Shown: in pieces, positions 48,130 through 56,507 of the stretch
Layout of the letters: the number at the start of each line of letters is the position of its first letter
Numbering within the stretch: position 1 is the stretch's first letter
Origin: an uncultured virus (IMG/VR IMGVR_UViG_3300009176_000004)
Lineage: Duplodnaviria; Heunggongvirae; Uroviricota; Caudoviricetes
IMG/VR virus record: IMGVR_UViG_3300009176_000004
Direction: 5' to 3' (one strand)
DNA length: 64,000 nucleotides
Notes under the pieces: generated by a model
What the model was told of the DNA's origin: nothing
The model's input: the letters and a program-made list of their open reading frames with translations, nothing else
The model's database searches: none
Made by a program: the position numbers and the translations under genes

Positions 48130-48371
48130 GACGCCCCTGACTGACGCATCCGCTCATTCTCCCGGTCGCAATAGCGGATGGCGTCGATGCCACGTGTGAA
48201 CGCGGCGAAGTAGTAATGACGTTCGGGGTTCCTATCCGTGCCCAAGAGTGTGATGTCCCGGACGTGATCGTAGCGATACGCCCCCTCATGGAAGTAGACC
48301 ATGTAGTGGACGGACCGTGCCATCGTGGGCTGCTTGTCGTGCAGCTCCAGGCCGAAGTCTTCGAGCGACAT
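48123..48371 (-). CDS. hypothetical protein
   Basis: GAGGAG RBS, TGATG coupling. Confidence 0.6.
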   Translation of the reverse strand: MSLEDFGLELHDKQPTMARSVHYMVYFHEGAYRYDHVRDITLLGTDRNPERHYYFAAFTRGIDAIRYCDRENERMRQSGASC

Positions 48372-48577
48372 CAGAGCTCCTCGATCGTGACGCGGATCTG
48401 CTTCGCACCCCGACCGACAGGCAGCGGGATGTAGAAGGACGGCTTGAACGACGGGTCGATGCCCGTGAGCCTCGCTCCGCCGATCTCGGCTGACTCGACG
48501 GCTTCGAAGTCGAAGCGTGTCGAGTGCTTCGGGGTCTTCCCCTCGTGTGGCTTCATCGTGAATGTGATCTTCATCAT
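48371..48577 (-). CDS. hypothetical protein
   Basis: directly follows promoter/RBS cassette. Confidence 0.7.
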   Translation of the reverse strand: MMKITFTMKPHEGKTPKHSTRFDFEAVESAEIGGARLTGIDPSFKPSFYIPLPVGRGAKQIRVTIEEL

Positions 48578-48580
48578 ATG

Positions 48581-48629
48581 GATCTCCTACCTGTATTCTA
48601 TCACTCTTCGCCTTGTGGAACAACGGACG
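48581..48629 (-). promoter_or_regulatory. early promoter + RBS cassette
   Basis: CGTCCG-TTGTTC-17-TAGAAT-ACAGGTAGGAGATC. Confidence 0.8.
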
Positions 48630-48834
48630 CCTCGACCGGCGGCAGCCTGTTCTGTACGTAGAGGATGAAGTCTTCGAGCATCCGCAGAGCGCCGGTGACG
48701 TCTCGGGACGTGAAGCCATCCCAGCTGCCGTGATTGCTCTCGGAGACGTACTCCGCGAGGACGGCGAGTTCCTCGACGCTCATCTTCGCCAGCGTCGCCT
48801 GGACTTTGAGTAGGCGCTCGTCGCGTTGATTCAT
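48601..48834 (-). CDS. hypothetical protein
   Basis: AGGAG RBS. Confidence 0.65.
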   Translation of the reverse strand: MNQRDERLLKVQATLAKMSVEELAVLAEYVSESNHGSWDGFTSRDVTGALRMLEDFILYVQNRLPPVEASVVPQGEE

Positions 48835-49007
48835 GACTTGCTCCTGAGCTCACGCTGACGGTCGCGATCACGGACGAGGATCAGCTGCCGCCAGAACGTG
48901 TTCCACGCGACGTCGGGATCAAGCCCCCGCTCGACCGCTTCACGGCGGTATGCCTCTTCGACCTGCCCGACGGTAACGACGATGCTCTTCCTGTTCACAT
49001 CTCTCAT
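48831..49007 (-). CDS. hypothetical protein (58 aa, below ORF-track cutoff)
   Basis: TAGGAG RBS; MRDVNRKSIVVTVGQVEEAY...; ATGA overlaps both sides. Confidence 0.55.
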   Translation of the reverse strand: MRDVNRKSIVVTVGQVEEAYRREAVERGLDPDVAWNTFWRQLILVRDRDRQRELRSKS

Positions 49008-49276
49008 GACGCACTCCTATCGCCTGCGCCCCACTCTCCGGGAAACTCACGGCGCAGTCGCTTCCACATCTTGGCGATCGCCAGTGTGACGACGGGATCG
49101 ACAGTGTCGACCAGCGACATCTTCAGGCCGAAGCGATCCTCTGCCCACGTCACCATCTCGGAACGTCCGACCCTGTAGTCCGGCGACGCGTAGTTGGGGT
49201 CGGTCGTGGGCGTGCGAGAGCGCCAGCGACGCTCCATCTCCGCGACGAACTCTTCGACCTGCAGCTTGCTCATCAT
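49004..49276 (-). CDS. hypothetical protein
   Basis: ATGA overlap with upstream gene. Confidence 0.6.
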   Translation of the reverse strand: MMSKLQVEEFVAEMERRWRSRTPTTDPNYASPDYRVGRSEMVTWAEDRFGLKMSLVDTVDPVVTLAIAKMWKRLRREFPGEWGAGDRSAS

Positions 49277-49647
49277 GACTGGATCCACGACGGGTCGATG
49301 ACCGTCTCGTACATGGACGGGATCGTGGGCGCGTTGACCTTCCGCAGGCCGACAGGCGCCACGCAGTAGAGGTCTTCGCCGACCGCGATGATGTCTCCGA
49401 CGGACGTGCTGCGGAGCGTCTCCCGACGCACTCCGGGCGGAACACGGACCTCATCATTCTCATACCACGGCGCAAAGATGTGGTTCGTCAGCTGGAACAC
49501 TGCCCCGATCTCCGTGCACCGCACATCCGCGACGTGCTGGAAGTCTTCCGGCCAGCTCGTCGGACGGAAACCGAACTCCCCCCGAATGCCTACTCTGCGA
49601 CCGCGCTCGTCAGTCTTCGCGCGGGCATGCCACACACTGTACAACAT
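49273..49647 (-). CDS. YodL-like domain protein
   Basis: 'VFQLTNH...RSTSVGDII'. Confidence 0.65.
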   Translation of the reverse strand: MLYSVWHARAKTDERGRRVGIRGEFGFRPTSWPEDFQHVADVRCTEIGAVFQLTNHIFAPWYENDEVRVPPGVRRETLRSTSVGDIIAVGEDLYCVAPVGLRKVNAPTIPSMYETVIDPSWIQS

Positions 49648-49650
49648 AGC

Positions 49651-49699
49651 TCTCTCCTACCTGTATTGTCACATCTTCCCGAGATCGTTACTACGGACG
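49651..49699 (-). promoter_or_regulatory. early promoter + RBS cassette
   Basis: CGTCCG-TAGTAA-17-GACAAT-ACAGGTAGGAGAGA. Confidence 0.7.
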
Positions 49700-49719
49700 T
49701 GGGCTTCGCCCTGACGCCC

Positions 49720-50259
49720 CTACCTCCACTCACATGCCCTGCAGCTGTAGCTGCCCGGGAAGCGGGTGGACTTCCGCGTGGTCTGCTGCCCGCAACGGAA
49801 GCACTTGCCGCGGGGCGTGTGGCGCTTATGAATCGGTGGGCCTGCAGCGACGGCCTCTGCAGGCATCGCACCCGCGTTGAAGAGCGTCACGAGCTCATCG
49901 AGGATCCGGACGAACTCGTGATTGTGCTTCGCGCCGGCCTCCGCGACGAGGTGCGCGTACTCGTGGAGCACGATCCCGACGCGGAGCCGGCGGCCTCCGC
50001 CCTTCGGAAGCGACATATGATGTCGGTAGTGACCGCGTCGCATCTTCGTCCCTGCACGCCCCCTGTTCCCCATGAAGTACAGGCGCATCGGCAGCTTGAC
50101 GTCGTTCAGCAGTCTGCGCGGCCGCAGCCCCTCTGCCCACCCGAGAATCTTGATCGCCTCTTCCTCGCTGCACGGCGTCTCGTGCAGTGCGATCAGTGCC
50201 GCGGCATCGCTAGACTTCGCCAGCACGTGATCGTACTCGCCCCAGTGTCTCAAGCCCAT
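49720..50259 (-). CDS. SprT-like zinc metallopeptidase with C-terminal Zn finger
   Basis: 'VLHEYAH...HNHEF' HExxH motif; CFRC...CRAC. Confidence 0.75.
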   Translation of the reverse strand: MGLRHWGEYDHVLAKSSDAAALIALHETPCSEEEAIKILGWAEGLRPRRLLNDVKLPMRLYFMGNRGRAGTKMRRGHYRHHMSLPKGGGRRLRVGIVLHEYAHLVAEAGAKHNHEFVRILDELVTLFNAGAMPAEAVAAGPPIHKRHTPRGKCFRCGQQTTRKSTRFPGSYSCRACEWR

Positions 50260-50261
50260 GT

Positions 50262-50310
50262 GATCTCCTACCTGTATTATAGCACATCGCGATGGGGGAA
50301 ACTACGGACG
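50262..50310 (-). promoter_or_regulatory. early promoter + RBS cassette
   Basis: CGTCCG-TAGTTT-17-TATAAT-ACAGGTAGGAGATC. Confidence 0.8.
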
Positions 50311-50510
50311 TCTCCCCCTGCGATCTTCGCTCACCGCTTTCCCGTCTTGGCCAGGCGGACCTCCGCGACAGCCAGCGTCAGATCCCGGTAGACGTGGAAG
50401 AACGTAACCACCATCGGCCTGCAGCCGTCACACAGGACGGCCTGAGCCACGCCACTCGTCATCGTGGCAACGCCTCTCGACGTGCCACATACGTCACACT
50501 GCTCCATCAC

Positions 50511-50633
50511 TCACTCCTTGACGGCCTTCTTGCCGGCCTTCCGATCCTTCTTCGCGAAGCGACGCTTGCCGTACGGCCTGAGGTGCTTCGCCCACTCGCC
50601 TGTCGTCACGGTCGTCTTCTTCGCCACGCTCAT
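50511..50633 (-). CDS. small basic peptide
   Basis: MSVAKKTTVTTGEWAKHLRPYGKRRFAKK...; GGGAG RBS, ATGA overlap. Confidence 0.55.
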   Translation of the reverse strand: MSVAKKTTVTTGEWAKHLRPYGKRRFAKKDRKAGKKAVKE

Positions 50634-51415
50634 TCTCCCTCTTCGATCGCATCCCACTTCGCGGGATCGATGTAGCTCTTCAGGCACTGCGACGGCTTGT
50701 TGCCTAGCACCGTTGCGACGCGCTCGCTCACGAGCTTCTTGAAGGCCTTCACTGCCTTCTTCGTCTCGGGCTTTCCCGCCGCCTCGAGCAGCTGCGCGAT
50801 GACCTGATCTGCGATCAGGTTCGCACGCCATGTGCGCAGGTCGTGCGCCTTCGCGGCGCCGATACTCTTCATGTATCGGAGCGTGTGCCCCGCGTTGTGC
50901 GGGAACAGGCGCTCCTGGCCTGCACGGCTGCGCGCGTACGTGGCGAAGACCTCGTCTGTGATCTTCACATCCTGCGCGACGCTGTGCTTGCCGGGGAATC
51001 GCAGGTGGACCTCGTCTCCGCCGTTGACGCAGACGTGCTCCATCTTGAGGTTCGATGCCCCGAACGTCTCCGCATCGCCCTGCGCATCGTTCCCGACGCG
51101 AAGGCCCGTGAAGAGGATCAGGCGGGCCGTCATCGCGACGCAATCGCCGCTCCGACTGTCCTTGTCGATCCGCTCCGCGATGCGATCGGCCTTCTTCGAC
51201 AGCTTGCGCACGCGGACCCACTTGGCCCGGGCGTTGCGCTCGGTGAAGGCCGCGCTGTACTTGTAGTACGTCTTGCCCTTCCCGGTCGTGGCTGTCGCGA
51301 GGAGATCCGCCTTCGGATCGACTGCGACGCGCACGTTCGTGTATGCTGGCGGGATGCCGAGCGCCTTCGCCTCTGCAGGCGTTGCATCTCTCATCTCGCC
51401 TCGCTCTCTGCACAT
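50630..51415 (-). CDS. DNA topoisomerase IB (bacterial/poxvirus type)
   Basis: 'IPPAYTNV', 'GKTYYKY', 'GLRVGN', 'TFGASNL', 'FPGK', 'HDLRTW', 'LGNKP...KSYIDP' including catalytic R, K, R, N, Y; start 51415 (leaderless) or 51394. Confidence 0.9.
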   Translation of the reverse strand: MCRERGEMRDATPAEAKALGIPPAYTNVRVAVDPKADLLATATTGKGKTYYKYSAAFTERNARAKWVRVRKLSKKADRIAERIDKDSRSGDCVAMTARLILFTGLRVGNDAQGDAETFGASNLKMEHVCVNGGDEVHLRFPGKHSVAQDVKITDEVFATYARSRAGQERLFPHNAGHTLRYMKSIGAAKAHDLRTWRANLIADQVIAQLLEAAGKPETKKAVKAFKKLVSERVATVLGNKPSQCLKSYIDPAKWDAIEEGE

Positions 51416-51421
51416 GAGACT

Positions 51422-51456
51422 ATTATCCCTTCTTTCGCGATCTCGTTCAACGGGCC
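51422..51456 (-). promoter_or_regulatory. promoter of topoisomerase IB gene
   Basis: GGCCCG-TTGAAC-17-GATAAT, ATG 6 nt downstream. Confidence 0.7.
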
Positions 51457-51492
51457 GTCGAGGGGGCGGACCCCCTCTCAGGCGCGCTCCGG

Positions 51493-51708
51493 TCAGTCGT
51501 TGTAGACTGCCAGGATGCTGCCAGGCGCGTCGGCCTGGTAGAGCACGCGGACGATCTCGCCCTCGCGCCGCTCGGCCTTCATGGCCGTGTACTTCACACC
51601 GTCGACGACGAACCACCGGGGCCACCGACCGACCGGAAGGCCGAGCTCGCTCGCCTCCGCCCACGCGCGCCCGCAGTAGTGCCACTTGATCGCGTTCACA
51701 TTCAACAT
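51493..51708 (-). CDS. hypothetical protein
   Basis: TAGGAGG RBS after GATAAT; 'EASELG' motif. Confidence 0.7.
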   Translation of the reverse strand: MLNVNAIKWHYCGRAWAEASELGLPVGRWPRWFVVDGVKYTAMKAERREGEIVRVLYQADAPGSILAVYND

Positions 51709-52228
51709 CGCACTTCCTCCTACCCCTCCATTATCCCCGATGCCGGGCAAGGCCACCCGCAGAAAGAACGTGTCACCTGCATTCGCGAAACGCGTCGCGC
51801 GTACGTACCACAGGTCGCGGCCGGACGGCCAGCGAAATCCGCTGGCACGTCGTCCGTATGCAAGTGACACGGACGTCGTGTCGATTGGCCTACCCTACCT
51901 GGCGGCCGTCCGGCAACAGGTAATTTGCGTATGACGTGCATTCGCTTTGCGTGACGCACGGACCCGGCGTCCCTCGCGGACTTGCGGTACGCGGACGCAC
52001 GTTGCGCTTTTCCCGTGCCCTGGACGATAATAGTCCTGGACTGGGTCGAAATGGCCGTTGGGCCGAACAGCCCGGGTCGTTTTGGCCGTGGGCGAAATCG
52101 CCCAGGCACAAGGATGTGCGAAATCGCGCAAATCATTCAATGGAAATGCGCGGCTTGCGACAATGCGATTTAACGCGAGATCGCGCGCGCCTGCATAGTA
52201 ACCCGCGCAGGCGAAACTGCGCTGTTTA

Positions 52229-52254
52229 TAGCGCGTTCTAGCGCGTTCTAGCGC
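52229..52254. repeat. short tandem repeat TAGCGCGTTC x2.6
   Basis: tagcgcgttc tagcgcgttc tagcgc. Confidence 0.7.
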
Positions 52255-52383
52255 TATGTTGGGCCTTTCCTGCTCCAGCGGCGCAATGGCAACGGGAATC
52301 TGCCGGGGGAATTATTTCCCGGCACAGAAACGGCACAAGTCCAGGCCGCGGCCTACCACAGCTCGCGCCTGCAAGGCACGGGA

Positions 52384-52530
52384 CGGGGGGGAGGGGGAGG
52401 GGGGATATAAGAGGTCGCGGGGGGCAAAGCACTTTGCCAAACAAAGTGCAGCCGGGGGGGGGGGGGGGGGGGGGCGCCGGGGGGGGGGGTGGGTGATAGA
52501 GAAGGGGGGGGGTGTGGGGGGGGGGGGGGG
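52384..52530 (+). repeat. poly-G low-complexity tract (possible sequencing artefact)
   Basis: G runs up to about 20 nt in the non-coding gap between divergent early arms. Confidence 0.8.
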
Positions 52531-52712
52531 TGCCATCGGTAGCGGGCTGTGTGAATATAGATAGGTAAGTGGTTGCGCGCGTGAGGCGCGCGCCGGGAGC
52601 GCCGAAGAAAAAGGCGCACCGGGGGGTGCCACGAACGCGCAGGTGTGATAGAATAAAGAGGTCGGAAGGAACGCGCGCGGGTAGGCCGCGAGCGCCGACA
52701 GGAGAAAAGACA

Positions 52713-53084
52713 ATGACTACGAACAACGCAAACGCCATCGTCGCGATCGCTCAGGAGCTTCAGGTTCGTCGGGAAGAGTGGAAGGCCAAGCTCGAGCAGC
52801 TGCCGATGCCGGGCGTGAAGGTGAAGTTCCCTTACGGCTCGATGGAAGCGGCGATCGCCGACAAGTTCGCCCTGCTGGCGAACGGCGAAGAGGCCGATCC
52901 GATGGCGATCGCGTTCGCGATCCTCGTGAAGGGCTACAAGACGGTCGCGTGGAGAAAAGCGGCGGACAAGAACCGCGAGACGCGCGATGACATCGCCGAC
53001 GGAAACGTGCCGGTCGTGAAGGCCAAGCGCGTCCGCAAGCCGAAGGCGGTCGCGGAGCAGGCGGCGACCGAAGCGGCTTCGTAG
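52713..53084 (+). CDS. hypothetical early protein
   Basis: TGTGA-TAGAAT at 52644-52654, AGGAG RBS, followed by terminator. Confidence 0.8.
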   Translation: MTTNNANAIVAIAQELQVRREEWKAKLEQLPMPGVKVKFPYGSMEAAIADKFALLANGEEADPMAIAFAILVKGYKTVAWRKAADKNRETRDDIADGNVPVVKAKRVRKPKAVAEQAATEAAS

Positions 53085-53096
53085 CCGCGCGAAGAT

Positions 53097-53127
53097 CGGG
53101 GCCGGGCGAAAGCCCGGCCCTCTTCTT
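53097..53127 (+). terminator. intrinsic terminator
   Basis: GGGCCGGGC-GAAA-GCCCGGCCC followed by TCTTCTT. Confidence 0.8.
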
Positions 53128-53173
53128 GGCGCCGCGAGGCGATCACGGCCGCAGAGCGGCCAGGAGGACGAGG

Positions 53174-53335
53174 ATGGCGAAGACGAAGGTGTTCCACCAG
53201 AGCGCGAGCTTCACGACGGAGGCGGAGGCGCAGGAGTTCGCGGCCGCGCTGCTGACGCGCGGGATCAAGAGCCGCGTGAGCGAGCCCGGCACGGGACGGT
53301 GGTGGGTGTTCTACGCAGTGCTGGCCGCGAAATAA
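53174..53335 (+). CDS. small SPOR-like hypothetical protein
   Basis: 'SFTTEAEAQEFAAALLTRGI......WWVF'; GGAGG RBS. Confidence 0.6.
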   Translation: MAKTKVFHQSASFTTEAEAQEFAAALLTRGIKSRVSEPGTGRWWVFYAVLAAK

Positions 53336-53386
53336 CCGTTGCCCGGCAGCGGCCGGGTGTGGCATAATAGAGGTGGAGGTAGCGTG

Positions 53387-53587
53387 ATGATGTTGGTGAT
53401 GACGTTCAGAGGCGGCCTGCTGGTGCTCGAGGGCCCGAGCGGCGTAGTGGCGACCGGCCTGGAGGCCGTGCGAGCTCGCCTGTGGCGCGGTGGCGACGAG
53501 GTCTTCTGCAGCTCCGGGATCGACTTCCCCGACGAGCACACGAGCGACCCGGCCGTCCTCGCGTACTGCGCGAAGATCCGCGGCTGA
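53387..53587 (+). CDS. hypothetical protein
   Basis: TGTGG-CATAAT then GGAGG RBS. Confidence 0.6.
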   Translation: MMLVMTFRGGLLVLEGPSGVVATGLEAVRARLWRGGDEVFCSSGIDFPDEHTSDPAVLAYCAKIRG

Positions 53588-53671
53588 GGGCCTGCAGGGC
53601 GCGCGAAGAAAAAGCGTGCCCTGCCCCCGCGCGGTGTGGGATAATAGAGAGGTAGAGGAGAGACGAGAGAC

Positions 53672-53998
53672 ATGACGAAGAAGTTCGACATCCACGTGCT
53701 CACGCAGTACCGCGAGAACTACGGCGACGCGCTCGCGCCGTACTGGAAGAGCAAGGGCGGGTCCACGTACGTCCTGGCCGGCCTGGAGCTGGCGCTCAGC
53801 GACGGGATCGGTGCGGCCGCGCAGGCGGTGGTCGACGCACATCGTGCGTCGATCGAGTGCCGCAACGACTTCTGCACGGTCGACATCATCGACTGGGAGC
53901 TCGCGGAGGCCGGCGCGCTCACGGACGACGAGAAGACGCAGATCAAGTACGGCTACGGCCGCGTCGACTTCCCGTCGAAGCGCATCGCCGTGCGCTAG
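53672..53998 (+). CDS. hypothetical protein
   Basis: TGTGG-GATAAT then GAGGAG RBS; 'TQYRENYG...YWKSKGG' motif. Confidence 0.8.
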   Translation: MTKKFDIHVLTQYRENYGDALAPYWKSKGGSTYVLAGLELALSDGIGAAAQAVVDAHRASIECRNDFCTVDIIDWELAEAGALTDDEKTQIKYGYGRVDFPSKRIAVR

Positions 53999-54018
53999 CG
54001 CAGGAGGCGGGGCCCCGA

Positions 54019-54068
54019 CGTCCGGGGCCTGGCGCTGCGCGCTGTGGTATAATAGAGAGGTAGGAGAG
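54019..54068 (+). promoter_or_regulatory. early promoter + RBS cassette
   Basis: CGTCCG-GGGCCT-17-TATAAT-AGAGAGGTAGGAG. Confidence 0.75.
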
Positions 54069-54073
54069 AGCAC

Positions 54074-54265
54074 ATGAGAGAGACGAAGAAGGTCGACCTG
54101 CGCGGAGGCACGTTCCTCGTGATCCGCTGCACCTGCGGAAGCGCACAGTGCACCGTCTGCGACGGTGGCCCCGGCGACACGGTCGTGACCGACGACCGCG
54201 GCAACGAAGTGAACCCGCACAAGCGGATCGCGGTGCTGGAGGCCGCGCGCGCATGCTCCTCGTAG
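54074..54265 (+). CDS. small Cys-rich protein
   Basis: CTC...CTVC; follows cassette. Confidence 0.65.
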   Translation: MRETKKVDLRGGTFLVIRCTCGSAQCTVCDGGPGDTVVTDDRGNEVNPHKRIAVLEAARACSS

Positions 54266-54438
54266 CGAAGCCCGTCGGCAGGACGGGCCTGTGGTCAGTC
54301 ACTGACCAGTCGACAGGCCAGCGGCACGGCCAGTACACCGCTGAAGCGGCGGTGCTCCGGTTCGGCCGTGGCGCGATCACGTGGATCTGCACGCATGCGG
54401 AAGAGTTCCCCTTCGAGGCGGAGGGGCAGCCGCGATGA
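54253..54438 (+). CDS. hypothetical protein
   Basis: GGAGG RBS. Confidence 0.5.
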   Translation: MLLVAKPVGRTGLWSVTDQSTGQRHGQYTAEAAVLRFGRGAITWICTHAEEFPFEAEGQPR

Positions 54439-54980
54439 AGAAGCTCCTGCTCGCGCTCGTGCGGCCGTTCGCCTGGCTCTACCTCTGGCTCGGCGGGGAG
54501 CTGAGGCCATGAGGACGTGCCCTGCCTGCGGCGAAGAGTCACTCAGCGACGTCCCTCTACTGCTCGAAGAGCAGTACTGGCCAGCGAGAGGCGCGTTGCG
54601 CAAGGCGCAACTGCCGTCCAGGCGAAGGCCCGTGCGAGCTGACGCGTGCTGCAGCTGCGAGTACGTCCGCGAGCGACGCTCTCCTGTCGACGTCCCACAG
54701 GAGCGGCGCTCTCTCCCCTAGCTACGCTCGGGGAGCACGTCGAGGGGAGCGTCACGCTCTCCCCTCGACAGTCGACGGGGGCCATAATTGACCGCGCACT
54801 GCGTGCGGCGGTTGTCTCGGGCAGGAACGTCCTCGTGGGCGCAAAGACTACTTGAGTTAGGACGTGGACTCTTGTTCGCGGAAAAGCAAGGGCGACAGAG
54901 CAAGAGGCCGGCAGCGGAGAGAGCAAAGGACGTTGGCAGTGAGATCAAAGGGGAGTTCTTATGCCATGACCGTCAGTTGT

Positions 54981-55135
54981 AGTAAGGACATAAGATAGGA
55001 GTCTCTATAGAATATAGTATAAATACCTATATAATACAAGTACGTAAGGGAGACGGTCAAAACACACTACGCCACGAACGGACGTTTGATCTCCGTCCGT
55101 TGATAGACTCTATTCGAAACCTATATAATAAGCTC
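54981..55135. promoter_or_regulatory. AT-rich island with inverted repeat and promoter; candidate replication origin/control region
   Basis: TATAGAATATAGTATAAATACCTATATAATA; AACGGACG-n9-CGTCCGTT palindrome; TTGATA-18-TATAAT. Confidence 0.55.
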
Positions 55136-55148
55136 GGAGGCAAAAGAT

Positions 55149-55781
55149 ATGGGACGACCCCCAGTGATCTATGTACCGTCTGTCGCTCCGACGCAGGAGG
55201 ACTTGATCCGGGCCGCGACGATCTTCGAGTTCCGTGGCCGACAAGCCGTTCTCAACGGCCACGTCCATGTGACGATCGGCGTCCCGATGCACGATGAGAC
55301 GGCGGACTGGCTCTCCGAGCACTTCGGCGGAGCCGTCTACCTGATCGGCGCAACGCGTCGCTGGCAAGTGCGGCAGGAGCAGCTCGCGACGTTCCTCACT
55401 GCCATACGTCCGTGGCTGAAGCCGCAGGGACTGCGGAAGGCGGACTCGATCGTGAAGGCGTCTGCCGCTCTGGAGGAAGCGACCGTAGAGTCGTCGGCCA
55501 GGCTCGCCAACCGAAAGATCAAGCCGAAGGAGGACGTCGTGAAGGACCGCCGTGAGTTCCTCAAGCTGTGGGACGAGGAGTTCGATGAGCCAATGGCGCA
55601 GGCAGCGTACGACGGCATCCTGAGCAAGGGGAAAGTCGTCTGGTTCGAAACCGGGCTCGCCGTCGCCGCTCTCTATGCGGCTTGGTTCCGTGAGCACGGC
55701 TGCATTGTCGAAGAGGAGAATGGTTGCAAGCTCGGCGTCACACGGACGGATGACGGTGTCGAGCGAGAGCACTTCGACTAG
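55149..55781 (+). CDS. degenerate LAGLIDADG-fold DNA-binding protein
   Basis: 'AATIFEFRG...M.D...DWL..HFGG......W......LATFLTAIRPWL..K' follows LAGLIDADG topology but lacks the acidic DxDG/DGEG residues. Confidence 0.55.
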   Translation: MGRPPVIYVPSVAPTQEDLIRAATIFEFRGRQAVLNGHVHVTIGVPMHDETADWLSEHFGGAVYLIGATRRWQVRQEQLATFLTAIRPWLKPQGLRKADSIVKASAALEEATVESSARLANRKIKPKEDVVKDRREFLKLWDEEFDEPMAQAAYDGILSKGKVVWFETGLAVAALYAAWFREHGCIVEEENGCKLGVTRTDDGVEREHFD

Positions 55782-55848
55782 GACGTGCTTCACGGACGTG
55801 ACAAGGCTGCCCGTTGATTTCATTCAATGGTTCAGCTATAATTACACT

Positions 55849-56058
55849 ATGCTTCTCACTGCCTCGCAGCCAGGGCTGGAGCTCAAGTTACATACGAGCA
55901 CCTTGCAGGCGCACAGCCAGCTCTCTGGCCTGCCGCCGGACGATCTCTTGCTCGAGGAGCTGCGGGACGTGCTTCGCTCCGCAGTCGCGGAAGCCGCGCG
56001 TCGGTTCTATGAACGTTTCCCGGAGGCGCCGCCGTCTGTCGACGTTCACATCCTATGA
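55849..56058 (+). CDS. hypothetical protein (probably leaderless)
   Basis: TTGATT-17-TATAAT then ATG 6 nt downstream. Confidence 0.6.
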   Translation: MLLTASQPGLELKLHTSTLQAHSQLSGLPPDDLLLEELRDVLRSAVAEAARRFYERFPEAPPSVDVHIL

Positions 56059-56507
56059 CTGAGGACTTCGTCCTGGAGCTCGCCGTCGGCGGCTTCGTCG
56101 AGATCTCGGGCAAGAAGCATCCCTCGCGAGCGTCGCGGTTGGCGATTCTCGCCGATGGAACCACTGCCCCCGTCCTGCTCCTGCTCGGGCGCAAGCGCTA
56201 CGTGAAGATCACCCGCGAGCAGGTGCTCTACTGGATCGACGGGGATCCGAGCAACGAGACGCTGGCGAACGTCGGCCTCGCGACGCGCAGTGCGACTGGT
56301 CGCCGTCCTCGTTCGTCCTATGGTGCGCCATCGGGCACCCGCGAATACATGAAGGCCTGGCGGGAGAAGAATGGGGAGCGGGTGCGTGCCGCGCAGAAGC
56401 GATGGCGTGCGTCGCGAGAGACGTCCGTCTCGAAGCCTGTCGTGGCGCCGTTCGAAGGAGACGATCCCGTCCTCGATCAATTGCGTCGTTTGGTAGGCGA
56501 AGAATGA
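56055..56507 (+). CDS. hypothetical protein with basic 'REYMKAWREKN' segment
   Basis: ATGA overlap. Confidence 0.65.
   Translation: MTEDFVLELAVGGFVEISGKKHPSRASRLAILADGTTAPVLLLLGRKRYVKITREQVLYWIDGDPSNETLANVGLATRSATGRRPRSSYGAPSGTREYMKAWREKNGERVRAAQKRWRASRETSVSKPVVAPFEGDDPVLDQLRRLVGEE

Noticed and set aside
50630..51415. Tyrosine integrase indicating a temperate lifestyle
   Set aside because: Motifs (IPPAY, GLRVGN, FPGK, SYIDP) fit topoisomerase IB; no repressor/att module is seen
52238..52738. Poly-proline/poly-glycine ORFs over the G tract
   Set aside because: By-products of homopolymer runs; no RBS and atypical composition
47391..54068. CRISPR-like or attC-like repeat array
   Set aside because: Repeats are promoter/RBS elements separated by whole genes of variable length; no cas gene or integron integrase
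52934..54220. 428-aa minus-strand ORF
   Set aside because: Overlaps several plus-strand genes that have clear promoters and RBSs; shadow ORF
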